From positions 2,046,001 to 2,110,000 of the forward strand of contig NC_042998.1 in NCBI RefSeq assembly GCF_006345805.1: 64,000 nt of DNA, in the 5' to 3' direction. Numbering within the stretch: position 1 is the stretch's first letter; each line of letters opens with the position of its first letter. The notes below the pieces were generated by a model that worked only from the letters and a program-made list of their open reading frames with translations, searched no databases and was not told the DNA's origin. Below, piece by piece: positions 27,701 through 39,433 of this stretch. Source of the stretch: Octopus sinensis (Eukaryota). The translations under genes and the position numbers were made by a program.

Positions 27701-29132
27701 AATTGGTTTTAACCAATAGAAAATATAAATTATTAATTAGTATTCATCCCCCCCCCCCCGCTGGTTTCAGTTGGTTGACTATAGCGATGCTGGTTCAATG
27801 CCTTGCAGTGTTATTTACATAATGGAAAGGCTTTTAATAGCATCAAGTTATGCCATGCTGTTGTTTCTGAAGATGCAAGGAGTTTGAGGCATCAAACTTT
27901 TCAAGAAGGTGAGATTGGGATGTATCTCAGACATAGCTCTCCTCTCACCACTGATAAGAGTTCCAGTTGGGAATGACTTCAGTGAAGGGGATACTATCTC
28001 TCCCAAGCTCTTCACTGCATTTTTTTAAATGACCATCAGTGACATTGACTGGAATGGTAGAATCAACCTCAAGAGCCAGCTATTGACAACACTTCCAGTT
28101 GCAAAACATTTAGCACAGCCACAGACTCTGCTGTCACAGACTGAATTCCCAGAGTTCAACAGTAGGCTTCAAAATATACCACATGCAAACAAAATACAAA
28201 TAGGTTTGAATAAAGGTGGGAAGAGATAAAATTGGGGAGGTGAAGGAGTATGTCTGCTTTGGACTGGCAGTAAATATATGCTGAGACAAGAATATTCAAA
28301 TCTCATTCAGGATAAGAGCAGAGTGGAAGGTATTTGCCCTGATTAAATATGTACTCAAAGCACAGCAGGAGAAAACCTTGCATATCATCATCACCATCAT
28401 CATCATCGTTTATGTTTAATTGTACCATTCTACCTGCACCTTTATATGCAAGTGAGATATGGAGTACTGCCTAGGAGAAGGAACAGTGGATGGCTATGAT
28501 ACAGAGGACCACAGAAAGATCCATATTGGGGATATTAATGGGGGAACATATCTGAAGCAAAGTAATTTGTGAACAAAGTGCAGTGAATGAAGTGATTATG
28601 GAATCCTGGTAGCACAAGCTTCACTGTGTTGGAGATTGTTATAAGATTCACAGAAAATGGTAGAACTATGCAGTTATCAGGTGTTAATCCAAGAGATCAA
28701 ATGAGATTGCTTGGAAAATCTCAAATACAAAAAGTTATAGTCAAATAATATGGCCCAAATGGTAAAGAAGGATACAATGAAGGAAGGATGGAAATTCATT
28801 ATAACAGCCTAACAATCTGGTCAATAAAAAGATAAAGTGAATATGTTATTAGAATAACTTGGTGAATATTAACGATTTTCTCAAATATTTCATTTCATTT
28901 CAGAGTTGTTGCTTTTGATCAAAGGGGATATTCACTCTCTTCTAAATTTACTGATAAGAAGTTTTTCACAATTGAAAAACTATCTGCTGATGTGTCTGAA
29001 GTTATTCAAACTCTTGGTAGGTTCCAGCTAAAGACTAATTTTGTTGCTGATATTTCAATCTAAGTTAAATCAAATGTTGTTTCTTTTACTAGTATTAAAT
29101 CTTTCAGTTATTCATTAACTTTACTGTGGTGT

Positions 29133-29163
<31 letters not shown>

Positions 29164-32100
29164 CATGTATTACTTATGAAATTTCAACAATTAACAGATG
29201 CCCCAACAACTTTACATTTCAACCACCATTCTCCTGAATAAATATATTTTATAAATCACACTCCATTCCAACCCCAGCTCAAAGTTAGATTTGTAATTTT
29301 AGACTTTCAGATAAAGCGAATAGGTCAGTAGTTATTACTGATAGTACCATTTCAGAGTTCAAATCTTGAGACTGTCACAAGTATATTATGTATCAGTAAA
29401 AGTATGTAAATTATGTGAGGTGATTTATCTCCATTAGTTTTAACAATGAAGACTCAGTTGATCAGTCAACTAAATTACCTGCTCATTGAATAAGCATGTA
29501 AGTAGCTGAGTATTCCACAGATGAAGAATTAACATGACACAGTATGTGACAACTCTGTACTTTTGAAATACAGGTACAATCCATCCTTTGGGCATTTTCA
29601 CAGTTTTTGTTCAATCTGTTTCACTCATAAGGCTAGGGTTGACCTGAGGTAATTTTGTAAAAGAAACTTTCTCAAGATGTTTTGTTGTGAGATTGAACTT
29701 GGGGCTGAAGCAAACTTATCTGTTTGGCTGTTCTATATCAATCAACAAAGCTTCTGTAATAAAGTAGTGTGTGAACTATAATTTATTCCAAATACAACTA
29801 CACCAGTTATCTGTAAAAGGTATTAAACTACATGATTAAAAATTCACAACTGAGCATTTTATCCAATTTTATGCATAAGGATTTTAAAGAAGACTGGTCT
29901 AAACAGAACAGGTGGAGACACATGTGATGGAGAGTCACTGAGGAGGTCACAGGGCGTGAAGATTTCAGACAAAGGGCACTAAAATAAGAATAATAATAAT
30001 AAAGCTGAAGTGAAAAAGAAGTACATAGTTTGTGTGATTAATTACAAAGAAAGAAAAATGGAAAATGACCATCCCCAAATATAACAATTTTAAAAACACT
30101 AAGGAGTTAAAAAAAACTGTTTAAGAGAGGGAAGAGAAGAGACTTTTCCAGTCTTTACAAGATGTTTTATAATATAATAAAATTATACAAAAGACATTAC
30201 TAGGAAATCTGATATTATTTTAAATCTAATCCATGAGTAATTTTCATATAAAAACTATGTCCTCAGGCCTCATAGATACATGGAAGGTGGTGGATTGACA
30301 GCCTTTAGGGCACTCTGAGTTCAAATCCTGTTGAGATCAACTTTGCTTTTTCATCTTTTCATTGTTATTGAAACAATGTCAATTCAGGGTAGAAGATTGA
30401 TGCAACTGTCTGATGGTCAGGCAAAATACCTTGTGATTCAGACTCCTTGTGCACTGATAATAATGCCCACAACAACACTCATGACAAGCTAAATGAACCA
30501 ATGTTGGGTGGCCTTTCATTTGGACAAACATCAGTGGCATAGTGTGGGAGGCCTGCATTTATGAGAAATTGTGACACTTCCTCATAAAAATCTTACCCAG
30601 CTCTATATACACATGTCTAGATACACGATCAACTTTGACCAACTAAGCCCCTAAAAAAAAAAATAAGATACTTGTTAGATTTTGCTTCACTGAGCAGGTC
30701 TAATAAAGCCAAAGCATGTCCAAAATTTTCCCTGTACCGAACAATGATCGTTGACTCTCCATAACATATCCCAATCTAATTTTTGATGAATTTATATCTC
30801 AAAGTTCTTCCCCTTGCCTGCCTTGACAAGAAATATCATGAGCACTAAAGTTTCTTTTCTTTTCGTTACAGGTTTAATTATTGTATTAACTTACACTTGA
30901 TAAAATTATTTCTTATATTCATGGGGCAAATTAAACACCTACAAGTTATCCTTTATTTATTTATTAAAGGTTACAAAGATTGTGTGCTTGTTGGCCATGA
31001 TTGGGGAGGTGCAGTAGCATGGAATACAGCCATAAATTATCCTCAGTTGGTTTCCAAATTAATCATTATGAACTGCCCACATCCAACAGTCTTTTCGAAA
31101 TATCTTCGGAGCCATTTCTCTCAACTTAGAAAATCATGGTAAGAATATCACATTTTTTATTCACTCCAAAGCTGCTTCTCCCAACTGGAACTTAGCAAGA
31201 TGTTTGCTAGGGTATCCACAAGAAATAATGATGCTTAGGTTAATTGTTTGTAAATGCATTTTTGTTTTTAATTCTATTATTAAACAAGGCAGTGAGCTGG
31301 CAGAACCACTAGAGTCTTTTCTGCAGCATTTTTCCGGCTCCTTACATTCTGAGGTTAGTTTTACCCTTCAACCCATAGGGGCTGATAAAATAAACTACCA
31401 GTCAAGTACAAGGACTGATGTCATTGACTGACCCCTTCCTATCAAATTTACCTTAGTCAGAAACCATTGAGAAAACTTGGCATCTGCAAGTAATAAGGCA
31501 GTCCGAGAAGAAAAATGATTTCTTAAGAGAAAGTTCTGACCAAACAAGGGCTTGGCTAAGTGAATTTCTTAACCCTTTCATTACCAGCCTGGCTGAAACC
31601 GGCTCTGGTTCTAAATACAAATGTCTTGATTTCATAAGTTTTCAGTTAAAATCTTCCACCAAACCTTAGTCACAATTTATGTTCCTAACACTAGCTGAAT
31701 GATAACTAAGTTATTTTACTAAATTCTTTTTTATATTTAAAATAATTGAAAGAAACACAAAGCATCTCAACAGAAATATGGTAACAAAAGGGTTAAACTT
31801 TCTTTGAGACATCTTATGAATTTTGGATGGTCAACCATTTCCAAGTTAGTTTTACTTGTTTAATACTTTATGATATTTAAGAGAAAAGGAAACCATAAAG
31901 ACATTTAATCATTCTGAGACGGGAAATGTTTTGGTGGGGTTCACCATGTTTGGAAATTCTGCTCTAAAGTATTTTTAAATACAGTTTTTTTTTTTCTTAG
32001 AGTTTAAACATAATATTTAATGTAGTTTCAAAGAGTTACAAGGAGTATAAAATTAGTACTCCCAACTTTATTTTCTTTCATATATCCTTGATACACACTC

Positions 32101-32476
32101 CCAAAACTTTGCTTAAATGTAGCCTACATTTGCTGTTCAATATTGGATTAAAATTTCAATGCACTTAACATCATAATTTTTATATCTCACTCACATTGTT
32201 TATTCTTTCATTCCAGGTACATGTTTTTCTTCCAAATGCCATACATCCCAGAATGGATATACTCATTCAACAAATTTAAGATTTTTACTAGACTCTTTAA
32301 CAGTCATTTTGGAGTCAGAAGGGAAAATATGACAAGTGATGATATTGATGTTTACAGATATGCCTTTTCTCAACCAGGTGAGCTGATCTTAGTATTTTAG
32401 GAATGTTCTAAGCCTTTTAATATCATCATCGTTTGGTATGCTTAGTTTAACCCCACTCAGTTTTCATTTCACATTA

Positions 32477-32518
<42 letters not shown>

Positions 32519-35063
32519 TATAAAGTACTTTATTCTAATACTTTTGTAACTGATGCGTTTTTTCTTTGCTTTTGTAGTTCTTTTTCTTCAAATCCTTTCA
32601 TGAACCAAGTAACATAAATATGTGTTTATTTGGTCTACTACCAGCTGAGAAATCTGGTGTGACAAATGCTGAATTTAAACATTTACAAAGGTCAATGTTA
32701 AAAATAATTGATATATTCACTAGTAATATATAGCTTTTATTTTTAATTTTGTCATTGCCATAGTGTTAATAGTGTTATTTCCTGGATGTTACACCAGATT
32801 TAATGGTTAGTAGTTCATTGAGACATCTCCCATATTTTAGGTCTCTTTTTTTTTTCTGTATTTGCACCAAGTGTTATAAACTTACAATTTATTCTTCAGT
32901 CATACGTTGATGCAAGCTGTCAGCTCTTTCAACTGTTTTGCACAGCATTTACACTCATATACTGTGTTAAGTTATCAAAACTAGACTTATGTTTACCAGT
33001 TACAACTAAGTATTCAATTAGTTATTCTCATTTCTTGGTTTGCTTAATATATATATATATATATATGAACTATTCAGAAACATCAGCATATCTAAATGTC
33101 ATCATATTCAATTTTTCACCCATATTATTTTAAATTTAAATTTAAATAGTTATGTTCTCTAACCGGCAAAATTCACTGCAGAGAATTATTTTCTGTAGAA
33201 ATATTTCCGGTAGTTTAGTGTGCCATAACGAAGGCTTTTCAAAAGTGACTCCAATTGTAATTGGTAGAACTGTATACATGTTGAATCTCATGTGGACATC
33301 TCGTGTATAATTCTGCAAATTATAGTTGCTAAGATAATCACACTGAAGAGTTTACAGATGATTACGTAAATGATTATGTAAGCATTAACAACGAAACCAT
33401 GGTTTGTGATTAATCTATATTTTGTATCTTTTCATTTGTCTTGCTCGATTACGTTTTGGCATTTGCTAAATTTTTCTTGAAAACATTCCTTTCTTAGTGG
33501 TAAGACCATAGTGAATCTTCTTCTAGCATAATGGATGTCCACTTACAGGTCATCCCTTTTATATGTACCCATGCTAGCATGGAAAGCGGACATTGAATGA
33601 TGATGATGATGATACAGGAGTAGTTAGCAGTAAGATCACCCAAGAAATGAGTTCCCAAGAAGTAGTTGATAGCTTCTGTTACGTAGATATCATAATCGCC
33701 AGTGGAGGGGGATGTAAGTAAAGTAGCCAGAATAAGGACAGGATGGAAAAAGTTCAAGGAATTGTTCTGTTGGTAACAAAAGCACTTTTTCTTTGAGTGA
33801 AGGATGGCTTGTATGGTGCTAATGTATGAAGTGTGTTTTTGTATAGCATCAGAAACCTGGGCTTTCAATGTGAAGGATATGTGTTGGCTGGATAGAAATA
33901 GTCTGAGTATGCTCCACTGGATGTTTTCATGTTAAGGTGTGTGAATGACTGAGCTGAGAGAAAAAATAGGTGTACGAAAAATCAGCTGTGTGTGCAAGAG
34001 AAGCTACTCTAGTACAGAGGTGTGTGTGTGGAGGAATTTCAACCATGTTTCATGGTCTGCTACCACAACAGCTCCTTTATAGGATCCAGTTAGCTCAAGA
34101 CATCATCAGGAGGAACCACATCCGGTCTCGGCCCCTACTCCTCTACCGTTTTGACATGGCAGGGGACCCCCTTTCAGAGGTGTCTTCAGCTCTGGTGTTG
34201 AGTGCATGTCTTCTTTCTTCTGTTCCCTGGCCTCTTTGGTGTAGCGTCAACGAGTGTCAGCGGGTGACTGACTGTCTTGTCAAATTTTTCCCTTTAAATA
34301 CCTGCCGCTAGGCTCCAGCAAGCAGCCAGTGCCTAACAATCCAAGTGAACAGAGCCTGCTGAAGAGATAGACTTAAGTGGTAAGGGTTGATCTTGGAATG
34401 CTCAATGTCACAAAGGATATAATAAGAGACCACAATTGACAAAATCCTGTACTGAAGAAGAAAGGTCCAACCCATAGAAGCATGAAAAATGTGTAAAATG
34501 GTAACATAACTATTTATATTTTGACAGTTTTTTTCAGGTCTTTATTGATAGCATTATTTCATGGGAAAGTATGTCTACATGACTTATTTATGATTTGCAA
34601 AGGTATAATAAGTTAATTGTGTTACGTCTAGAATGTCACTTGTAAGCCCCTATATCGACATAATAAACAATACTGGAAATGCATCAAGATCATTGCATTT
34701 TGTCGAACATTGATGCACTGGTTTTCATAGAAAAAAGAATTATATTGTCATTATTTAAAGGTTTTTCTTCAGTGACTTAATGAAACTAAATTTGTTTTCT
34801 TTTCAGGAGGAACTACAGGACCCATCAACTATTACAGAGCAAATTTTCACAGAAGCCCGGCTAAACTACCTAAAAACATTCTGAAAATGCCTGTTCTCAT
34901 AATATGGGGAATGCAAGATGCCTTCCTCAACCATGAAATGGCTGCAGAATGTAGTAAATATGTTAATAATCTTTTGATAAAATACATCGAAGATGCTACG
35001 CATTTCGTTCAACTGGACCGACCAGAAATTGTTAATAATATCATGTGGCAATTTCTAAAATAG
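6258..35063 (+). CDS. EPHX4: Epoxide hydrolase 4-like (EPHX3/EPHX4-family alpha/beta hydrolase), copy A; 6 coding exons, 346 aa
   Basis: join(6258..6473,24819..24943,28904..29016,30970..31138,32217..32377,34807..35063) = 1041 nt. All introns are GT-AG with consistent phases (0,2,1,2,1) and there are no internal stops. Motifs: N-terminal hydrophobic anchor, [11 protein letters not shown] oxyanion motif, DQRGY, GHDWGG nucleophile, SWYMFFF and PINYYR tyrosines, WGMQD acid, ATHFVQ histidine. EPHX4 versus EPHX3 orthology is not resolved. Confidence 0.92.
7088..7293 (+). repeat. Dispersed repeat, second copy inverted at 59147-59402
   Basis: Shared CGAAA..GGAGT.GAT...GACAACTGA(T/A)GAAGG...TTCTTTATGTT...GTACCCATATATGCATG. 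Both copies end in (TA)n. Confidence 0.7.
7490..7680 (+). mobile_element. SINE family C 3' half
   Basis: CATCGCTTGACAACCGATG...GGTGGTGCTCCAGCATGGCC. Confidence 0.8.
8296..8530 (-). mobile_element. Helitron-like 3' terminus with an internal tandem subrepeat
   Basis: Hairpin CCCAGAG/CTCTGGG (8303-8325) followed on the minus strand by CTAG|T. A roughly 40-bp unit repeats at about 8320 and about 8463. Confidence 0.55.
9293..9520. mobile_element. piggyBac-type MITE
   Basis: TTAA-CC(C)TTTC...GAAAGGG-TTAA ends. Four related copies occur in the window. Confidence 0.8.
9533..9830 (+). mobile_element. CRE-clade-like LINE relic (restriction-like endonuclease C-terminus)
   Basis: Manual translation [10 protein letters not shown]...[12 protein letters not shown]...[11 protein letters not shown] and, after disruption, [13 protein letters not shown]. 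Confidence 0.65.
10117..10352. repeat. (CTAT)n tetranucleotide microsatellite
   Basis: Direct reading. Confidence 0.97.
10494..10710. repeat. Long inverted repeat (96-bp arms, 25-nt spacer)
   Basis: Arms 10494-10589 and 10615-10710 with 1 mismatch. A diverged single copy of the arm lies at about 33490-33545. Confidence 0.9.
10880..11230 (-). mobile_element. SINE with an RTE-like (GAT)n tail (family E); relatives at 15375-15620 (-) and 62935-63140 (+)
   Basis: Shared GGGCATCCAGCCATAGAAACC...CCAACCCATGCCNGCAT and (GAT)n tail. Confidence 0.7.
11531..11831 (+). mobile_element. tRNA-derived SINE, family A head
   Basis: GGAGACGCAATGGCCCAGTGGTTAGGGCAGCGGAC...TTGATTCCCAGACC...GTGTTTATTGAGCGAAAAC. 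Confidence 0.85.
14010..14179 (+). repeat. About 170-bp near-identical dispersed repeat, second copy at 29990-30159
   Basis: AATAAAGCTGAAGTGAAAAAGAAGTA...GACTTTTCCAGT with only a few differences. Confidence 0.85.
16020..16273. mobile_element. hAT-type MITE with an 8-bp target-site duplication
   Basis: Ends CAGCAGTTCTCAA and TTGAGAACCTCAG. TSD CTTTAGAT at 16012-16019 and 16274-16281. Confidence 0.8.
16870..17160 (+). mobile_element. RTE fragment related to 47870-48140
   Basis: Shared sequence, e.g. GCTGAGATGCTTAAAATATCTGG and TAGTCAGCTGCTACAAGAGTAAAGG. Confidence 0.7.
19245..19640 (-). mobile_element. CR1-type LINE 3' end, copy 1
   Basis: ORF 19400-19612 with [29 protein letters not shown]. 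Highly similar to 56040-56376. Confidence 0.8.
20141..20403 (-). mobile_element. tRNA-derived SINE, family A relative
   Basis: Reverse-complement head CTAACCACTAGGCCATGTGCCTCC. Confidence 0.8.
21331..21514. mobile_element. piggyBac-type MITE (internally deleted, left TTAA mutated)
   Basis: Same internal sequence as 9293-9520, ending GTAACGAAAGGG-TTAA. Confidence 0.75.
22009..22304 (-). mobile_element. tRNA-derived SINE, family A relative
   Basis: Reverse-complement head CCCGGTCTGGGAATCGAAACC...CCCTAACCACTGGGCCATTGC. Confidence 0.85.
22548..22722 (-). mobile_element. SINE family B
   Basis: Reverse complement of the family B core. Confidence 0.85.
23090..23300 (+). mobile_element. SINE family B (diverged); similar relics at about 14530-14740, 30270-30400, 31270-31450, 49660-49830 and 60820-61015
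   Basis: CATTCTGAGTTCAAATTCTGCCGAGGTTGACTTTGCC core. Confidence 0.75.
23307..24801. repeat. Compound (ATT)n / ATCATTT array, about 1.5 kb
   Basis: Direct reading. TTC marker runs at about 23460 and 23697 show a higher-order duplication of about 240 bp. Confidence 0.97.
24819..24943 (+). CDS. EPHX4: EPHX4-like copy A exon 2 ([42 protein letters not shown])
   Basis: Acceptor ttttgcag, donor CAG|gtaaga. Contains the HGFP motif. Confidence 0.95.
25582..25995 (+). mobile_element. Full-length SINE family C
   Basis: Head, central (TA/TG)n and (AAAGAGT)n tail are all present. Confidence 0.9.
26290..27530 (-). mobile_element. Degenerate RTE-family RT fragment in EPHX intron 2
   Basis: Patchy similarity to the 46520-48920 element (e.g. 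the reverse complement of the YADD region near 26810-26830, and ORF 26338-26535 [12 protein letters not shown]). Confidence 0.6.
27830..28700 (+). mobile_element. Degenerate RTE-type RT fragment (second family)
   Basis: GAAGGGGATACTATCTCTCCCAAGCTCTTCACTGCA encodes [12 protein letters not shown], followed by [13 protein letters not shown]. Confidence 0.55.
28904..29016 (+). CDS. EPHX4: EPHX4-like copy A exon 3 ([13 protein letters not shown]...EVIQTLG)
   Basis: Acceptor catttcag, donor G|gtaggt. Contains the DQRGY motif. Confidence 0.95.
30970..31138 (+). CDS. EPHX4: EPHX4-like copy A exon 4 ([18 protein letters not shown]...QLRKSW)
   Basis: Acceptor ttattaaag, donor TG|gtaaga. Contains the GHDWGG nucleophile elbow and NCPHP. 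Confidence 0.95.
31569..31796. mobile_element. piggyBac-type MITE
   Basis: TTAA-CCCTTTC...AAAAGGG-TTAA. Confidence 0.8.
32217..32377 (+). CDS. EPHX4: EPHX4-like copy A exon 5 ([12 protein letters not shown]...YRYAFSQPG)
   Basis: Acceptor ttccag, donor G|gtgagc. Encodes the cap-domain tyrosine. Confidence 0.95.
33640..34020 (+). mobile_element. RTE C-terminal fragment in EPHX intron 5
   Basis: GAAGTAGTTGATAGCTTCTGTTAC matches 48903-48920, followed by degenerate post-RT sequence. Confidence 0.55.
34807..35063 (+). CDS. EPHX4: EPHX4-like copy A exon 6 ([13 protein letters not shown]...IMWQFLK*)
   Basis: Acceptor ttttcag, TAG stop at 35061-35063. Contains PINYYR, WGMQD and THFVQLD. Confidence 0.95.
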
Positions 35064-35356
35064 TTACCAAAATATAGTTCTTTTAATTGCTAATTAACCA
35101 AATGTATACTTATAAAAGTCAGTTGTCGTATAATTTAAATTCTTTATATTTTTTTAAAGATTATTTTGATGTTATCTTTTTCCTTGTGAAGAGAAACTTG
35201 AAAACTGTACCAATGCAAAGGTTATATATATATATATACATACATACACACACCACACACACACACACATACACACACACACACACACATATATATATAA
35301 GCAATTCTTCAACTGATACAATTATGAAGGTGGTTTTTCAATTCAGTTTGTTTTCT

Positions 35357-35386
35357 AATAAATCTTGTTTATGACTTTGGAATAAA
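35357..35386 (+). terminator. Two AATAAA polyadenylation signals of EPHX4-like copy A
   Basis: AATAAA at 35357 and 35381. Both are conserved at the homologous positions of the paralog (TTTATT at 62357 and 62331). Confidence 0.55.
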
Positions 35387-36062
35387 TAATAAAAAAAAAC
35401 TCATCTGTATTTCTTTAAATTAATTTATTCTTGAATTGATTGCAATATTCTATATTCTTGGGCATTTGAATTTTCCTAAACAATAGAATGGCAAAGTGGA
35501 TTCAGTATCTCATGGTTACAATTTCTAATTTTGTTGGGTCAGAAATATATACTAGTAATATAGTGAAGTTTATCAGCTGATCCCTTTTTGAAAAAGAATT
35601 AGCGTTCTGTTTGAGAAAAGAAATTCATATTCAGTGCATAACCTTTTTGATATCATCAATCTGCCTCATCATGTATTTTTAATGTTATATTTTTCACAAC
35701 TACTTATGAAATGAAATCAGAAACATAATCAACATCATTAGCATAATGAAACAGTTTATAAATATCTCTAAATTTACCTATCAAAAAAAAAAAAAATGAT
35801 AAAATATGGAATTTCCATAGGTTCCAGTTATATAAATTATTCTAAAATAAAAGAAAAAAAATGACTGTGGTGTTAAGTTTAGACCAAAAGTTAGCTTTCA
35901 TTGGAAAGCTTAATTAGTTCAATTATCCAGGCTTTATCAAAGCTTGAGGGTATGCGACTACATGGATATTAAAAACTCTTGTTCTAACATAGAAGACTAC
36001 ATACATTTTAAATGTTATAAATGCATTTTCAGTTGCAATATGTATTGGAGATCAAAGTGTAG

Positions 36063-37064
36063 TAACTTGTTTTTTTATTGAGGCAACAATTCTGGAGGGG
36101 TGACCGTGCGGCATTCAAAAGGAGACATTTGTCACCAACTCCTTATGTGCGGTCGTATTCCATTATTCTCAGGGGCCTTACATTCACTCAAACATCCCAA
36201 TTGGTGACTTAGTGCCAGTTTATTTGACCAATCGTTCGGATATCATCTTTGCTGCAGAATATCCATTTTATCGCCGTTTTGTCTATGACAAAACGTCTGG
36301 TGGGAGGCTCTGTAGCATGACTGATATCCTCACTGTTTGAGAGACATATTAAGAATAATCTCGTGTGAGATTACAACCATCTTTGGCTCTAGACGTTCTA
36401 AGGTCTGGTCACTGACCACCAAGCTACTCAGCCGTGTTCCAGTTCCAGCGACAGATGACCAGCCATGTTCTTGATCCAGCCATGACAACGCTAATGTACA
36501 CCAGTAGCGCAGGACATCTCCACCACCGTCAACTTCAAATATGTACACATCAACATCGCCCAGGTCTAAACTCACGCTGTTTGTGAATATTTCACCGTGG
36601 TAAAACAGTTAGTCTACCTGAAGAACTTTCTGTATCAAGAAACTCGGCACAGCATTGAGGCCCCAACCGGCCTCTGCCTTGTGTCCACAACATCTTGCTA
36701 TAGAACTTGCTATCGTGTACGTCACTTATGAACTGGTAAACAAATTCCATCTTAACTCAAAATGCTGAGAGACATATCTTATGCTCTGTATTTCTGTTAT
36801 ATGCATACACCATTATTTGTACCTTCTGTCGCACACACGAACACACAGACACCACACTTTGCTTGCACCTATACTTCATCTCTGTACACTTTGTAAATAA
36901 AGTCTTCTTCTCTCTCAAACAGTAGAACGGTTGTCGTCCTTCATTCATTCCTTTTGGCAATGTATTTTATATCATGTATTTGGCTTCTTATTTTGTTAGG
37001 GGCGACTGTGCGGCTTTCAAAAGGAGACATTTGTCACCAGCTCCTTATGTACGGTCGTATTCCC
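36063..37064. mobile_element. About 1-kb insertion with 65-bp subterminal direct repeats (solo-LTR-like or unclassified)
   Basis: Repeats 36097-36161 and 36999-37063 with 5 mismatches. The segment is absent from the paralogous flank near 61635. Confidence 0.55.
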
Positions 37065-37485
37065 TACAATCTTTTTATACATTTCTACCCAAGGAAGTTC
37101 TTTCCAGATTTAGTTCCATGTAACTCCTGTCATCTTCCAGAGATATCATTGTACTTGGACTGAACAATATTTCAAATTAATTTCTTTTGACTAGGTACAA
37201 ATTCATTGATTTACAGAATTTACCTGGGCATCACTTATCTCATGGCTTCAAGGTCTCTACTTGTTAGGTTCTTATTTTATACTCTGTACCATTCAATAGA
37301 TATTCTATAAATAATTCTGTGTGACACCTGTCTGGCTGATTATCATTGAAGGTTGAAGGAACGTCTTTATCAGTCTATTACTCATATTTAAGTATTTAAG
37401 TCAAGTCCATGATCTAACACATTTATTTCTGGCTGAGGTCAGTATTATGTCATTTATGTTGCTAATGCAACAGTAAAAAAAAATT

Positions 37486-38110
<625 letters not shown>

Positions 38111-39188
38111 ACTTTGATACTTTGATAGGTTTCGGCCGTTGTTGGCCCAGGCCATGTCTAACTTAATAGCACCACCTGGTGAAGTCTTTCAAGTCAGAAT
38201 TTGGGCACTATGGCCCACTCAAGTAGAGAGTTATTGTTTACAGAGACATATCCGGGTGTAGGGGGTTTATCCGGGATTTCTTGAAGGAATCTGTCCAAAG
38301 ACTTCTTGAACCCTATAGGGTCAGTTTCTGTTTTAATGTCTTTTGGTGTAATGTTAAAGAGAGCGGGGCCAATTGAGGTGAAATAATTGTGCCGTATTGT
38401 TGTTATGAGATGAGAGTGCGATTTTTGTTTTGGGCGGATGGCACGGGGCCCAAGCCTTGGATGTACCTTAAAGGTGATGCCAACATCATTTGGGCAATGC
38501 TGATGGAATATTTTCCACATCATGCAGATGATGTAGCGCTCACGACGACGTTGGAGAGAATAAAGTTTTAGCTTTTCTAGTCGACCCCAATAGTCGAGGC
38601 CTGTCATGCCATCTATCTTTTTTGTGATTGCCCTTTGAGGTGCTTCAACTTTTATGATACCTTGTATTGTGTGGGGAGACCACAGTGGACAACAGTATTC
38701 AAGGTGGGGTCGGGCAAAAGTGGAGAAGAGAAGGATAATGGTGTGGATATCTCTCGACTGGAAAGTTCTGAGAATCCAGGAACACATTCTGCGGGCCATG
38801 TCAACTTTGGTGTTTATATGAGTGGCCCAGCTTATGTTGTTGTCCACAATTACTCCCAAGTCTCTGATGTTGTTGGACGCCACGAGAGTTTCACCTGAAG
38901 GAAGGGAGTATGGGAGTTTCAGGGCATCCTCTTTTCCAAAGTGGATTAACTCAAATTTATCCTCGTTCAGCAGCATATTGTTTTTTTCTGCCCATTGGAT
39001 AACAGCCAGTAGATCTGACTGAAGGCATGTCCGGTCACTCGCCTCATTTATGACCTTCTGTAGCTTGGAATCATCTGCAAAGATTTTTATGTTGCTGTGC
39101 TTGATGATGTCATTAATGTAAATGATGAAAAGAAGTGGGCCCAGCACAGTGCCTTGCGGAACGCCGCTACTGACTTTGGCTGGGCTTG

Positions 39189-39192
<4 letters not shown>
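38111..39192 (-). mobile_element. CR1-clade LINE, 5'-truncated copy 1 (RT C-terminal half plus 3' end)
   Basis: ORF 38194-39147 with [12 protein letters not shown]...FADD and [12 protein letters not shown]. The 3' tail (ATCAAAGT)2 runs into (TA)n. Confidence 0.92.
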
Positions 39193-39250
<58 letters not shown>

Positions 39251-39297
39251 ATATATATATATATATGTATGTATATATATATATATATATATGTATG

Positions 39298-39351
<54 letters not shown>

Positions 39352-39377
39352 TGTATGTATATATATATATATATATG

Positions 39378-39432
<55 letters not shown>
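39193..39432. repeat. (TA)n/(TATG) compound microsatellite
   Basis: Direct reading. Confidence 0.97.

Positions 39433-39433
<1 letters not shown>

Noticed and set aside
34866-35051. Antisense ORFs over the hydrolase last exons (also 62615-62800) and over the LINE RT genes
   Set aside because: They are shadows of the true coding strand.
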